A stretch of 64,000 bases of DNA from Firmicutes bacterium UBA5389 (GTDB lineage Bacteria > Bacillota > DTU025). Under the pieces are notes generated by a model. The model saw only the letters and a list, made by a program, of their open reading frames with translations. It did no database searches and had not been told where the DNA came from. The stretch covers positions 19,867-83,866 of the forward strand of contig DHON01000122.1 in NCBI GenBank assembly GCA_002409965.1, written 5' to 3'. Positions 63,099 to 64,000 of this stretch are shown here, piece by piece; positions within the stretch are counted from its first letter, which is position 1, and each line of letters opens with the position of its first letter. The position numbers and the translations under genes were made by a program.

Positions 63099-63209
63099 TC
63101 CGCGAGTCATGCAGCTTCCCGGCTTCTATCGGCGGCCGTAGCGCGAGGCGAACTCCGGATCTGCCGAGACTCAGGCGATTGGTGGGCCTTCCGCGAAAGG
63201 CCTTCCGTG

Positions 63210-63268
63210 GAGACCTGCGAGACCCGGGAGACCTGCGAGACCCGGGAGACCTGCCAGACCTGCGAGTC
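63210..63268 (+). repeat. Tandem repeat with unit GAGACCTGCGAGACCCGG (18 bp, built of 9-bp half units), ~3 copies
   Basis: Read directly from the sequence, in a non-coding region downstream of the ABC operon. Confidence 0.85.
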
Positions 63269-63917
63269 TCGTGACAAGTTGGACAAAGCCCTGTTCAGCG
63301 CGGGTATGCCGATGCGCGACCCGTCTCGGACTGTGCTGCGGCGCCGCTTCCTCCCATGCGAAAGCCCCAGCTACACGATGCGGGCCGAGAGGCAGGCATC
63401 AGCGCAGCGCGGCGTTGCGGGAGGTAGGGGCAGAAAAGCGGGTGATTGCATGCCCAGGCACATGGCAACAAGTGGGTACGTCAATACTTGACGGAAAATC
63501 CAGGCATGTGCTCACATTCTGACGCGAGCACTGCAACAAGTGAGCATCCGGCCCAGATGTCCCCATGTTTTCGCCGTTTTGGCCCATGTTTCTGCCGCCC
63601 TGCGCGCCTCTGGGCGGCGAATTCCCATGGACTGTTATCAGGCGGCTGTCCAATGGCTGCGAGAGCCAGTACGTTCCCTGGAATTGGCCGGCGCATGCTC
63701 ACTAATTGATGCACCCATGCTCACATTTGGCCGCTACCCGCGGAATTTTCGTCAAAGAGCGAGCATCCCAGTTTGTACCATACGCAGCCGGGTCAACGGC
63801 GCGATCACATCTATGGAGTGGCTGCGGCTTCAGGAAGCACGAAAGCGGGGGCAAGCTCAGGAAACCGATTGTGCGGCCTTCCAGAGCGTCTGTGAGAATC
63901 GGCTTCGGTTCCACCTT

Positions 63918-63943
63918 AGGGCAAAGTCATAGGGCAAAGTCAG
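63918..63943 (+). repeat. Direct 13-bp repeat AGGGCAAAGTCAK, 2 copies, abutting a -35 element
   Basis: Read directly from the sequence. Possible operator or UP-like element. Confidence 0.7.
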
Positions 63944-63945
63944 GG

Positions 63946-63974
63946 TTGAATGGCCTGCTGATGTCTGCTATAAT
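63946..63974 (+). promoter_or_regulatory. Near-consensus sigma-A promoter firing out of the window
   Basis: TTGAAT (63946-63951), a 17-nt spacer, then TGcTATAAT (63966-63974). The downstream 26 nt end in GGGTCGGGGCGTG at the window edge. Confidence 0.55.
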
Positions 63975-64000
63975 AGCGATTGTGAAAGGGTCGGGGCGTG

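Noticed and set aside
63210-63268. Possible CRISPR array or coding collagen-like repeat.
   Set aside because: The units are only 9/18 bp and directly abutting, with no spacers. There are no cas genes. The ORF covering them (63207-63491) has no RBS and an implausible composition.

Overview
This is a GC-rich 64 kb window of core chromosome. Almost every gene is on the + strand; only two convincing genes are on the - strand. Gene order follows the Bacillus/Clostridia backbone: pepP-efp, spoIIIAA-AH, asp23/nusB, xseAB-ispA-dxs-tlyA-nadK-argR-recN, then miaB-mutS-mutL-miaA and spoIVA-hup. The organism is therefore an endospore-former of the Firmicutes type. The same window also carries outer-membrane (diderm) hallmarks. 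These are a complete type IV pilus operon (pilB-T-C-A-D-M-N-O-P-like) ending in a PilQ secretin, an ExbB/ExbD/TonB-like module, and an SLH/coiled-coil spacer protein. I recognised no rRNA, tRNA, CRISPR array, transposase/integrase or classical defence gene. The main hunt results are: (1) A ~600 nt structured non-coding RNA with its own near-consensus promoter sits between ispA/yuiD and a small membrane protein plus dxs. This is the signature locus of OLE RNA and OapA. (2) A c-di-AMP (ydaO-yuaA type) riboswitch with an intrinsic terminator lies upstream of a peptide/nickel-family ABC transporter. (3) The substrate-binding protein of that transporter looks circularly permuted. (4) PilQ carries 11 tandem N-domain modules. 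(5) A tolQ-tolR-tolA-like cluster continues into a cohesin-domain protein and an Omp-alpha-like protein (SLH domain, ~560 aa coiled coil, C-terminal TM helix). This may be a Tol-Pal analogue or periplasmic ruler. (6) An S8 protease locus is flanked by unannotated tiny Trp-rich membrane peptides. All calls rest on reading the translated ORFs and the DNA by eye; no searches were run. Start codons are uncertain by a few codons, and family assignments need HMM/CM confirmation.
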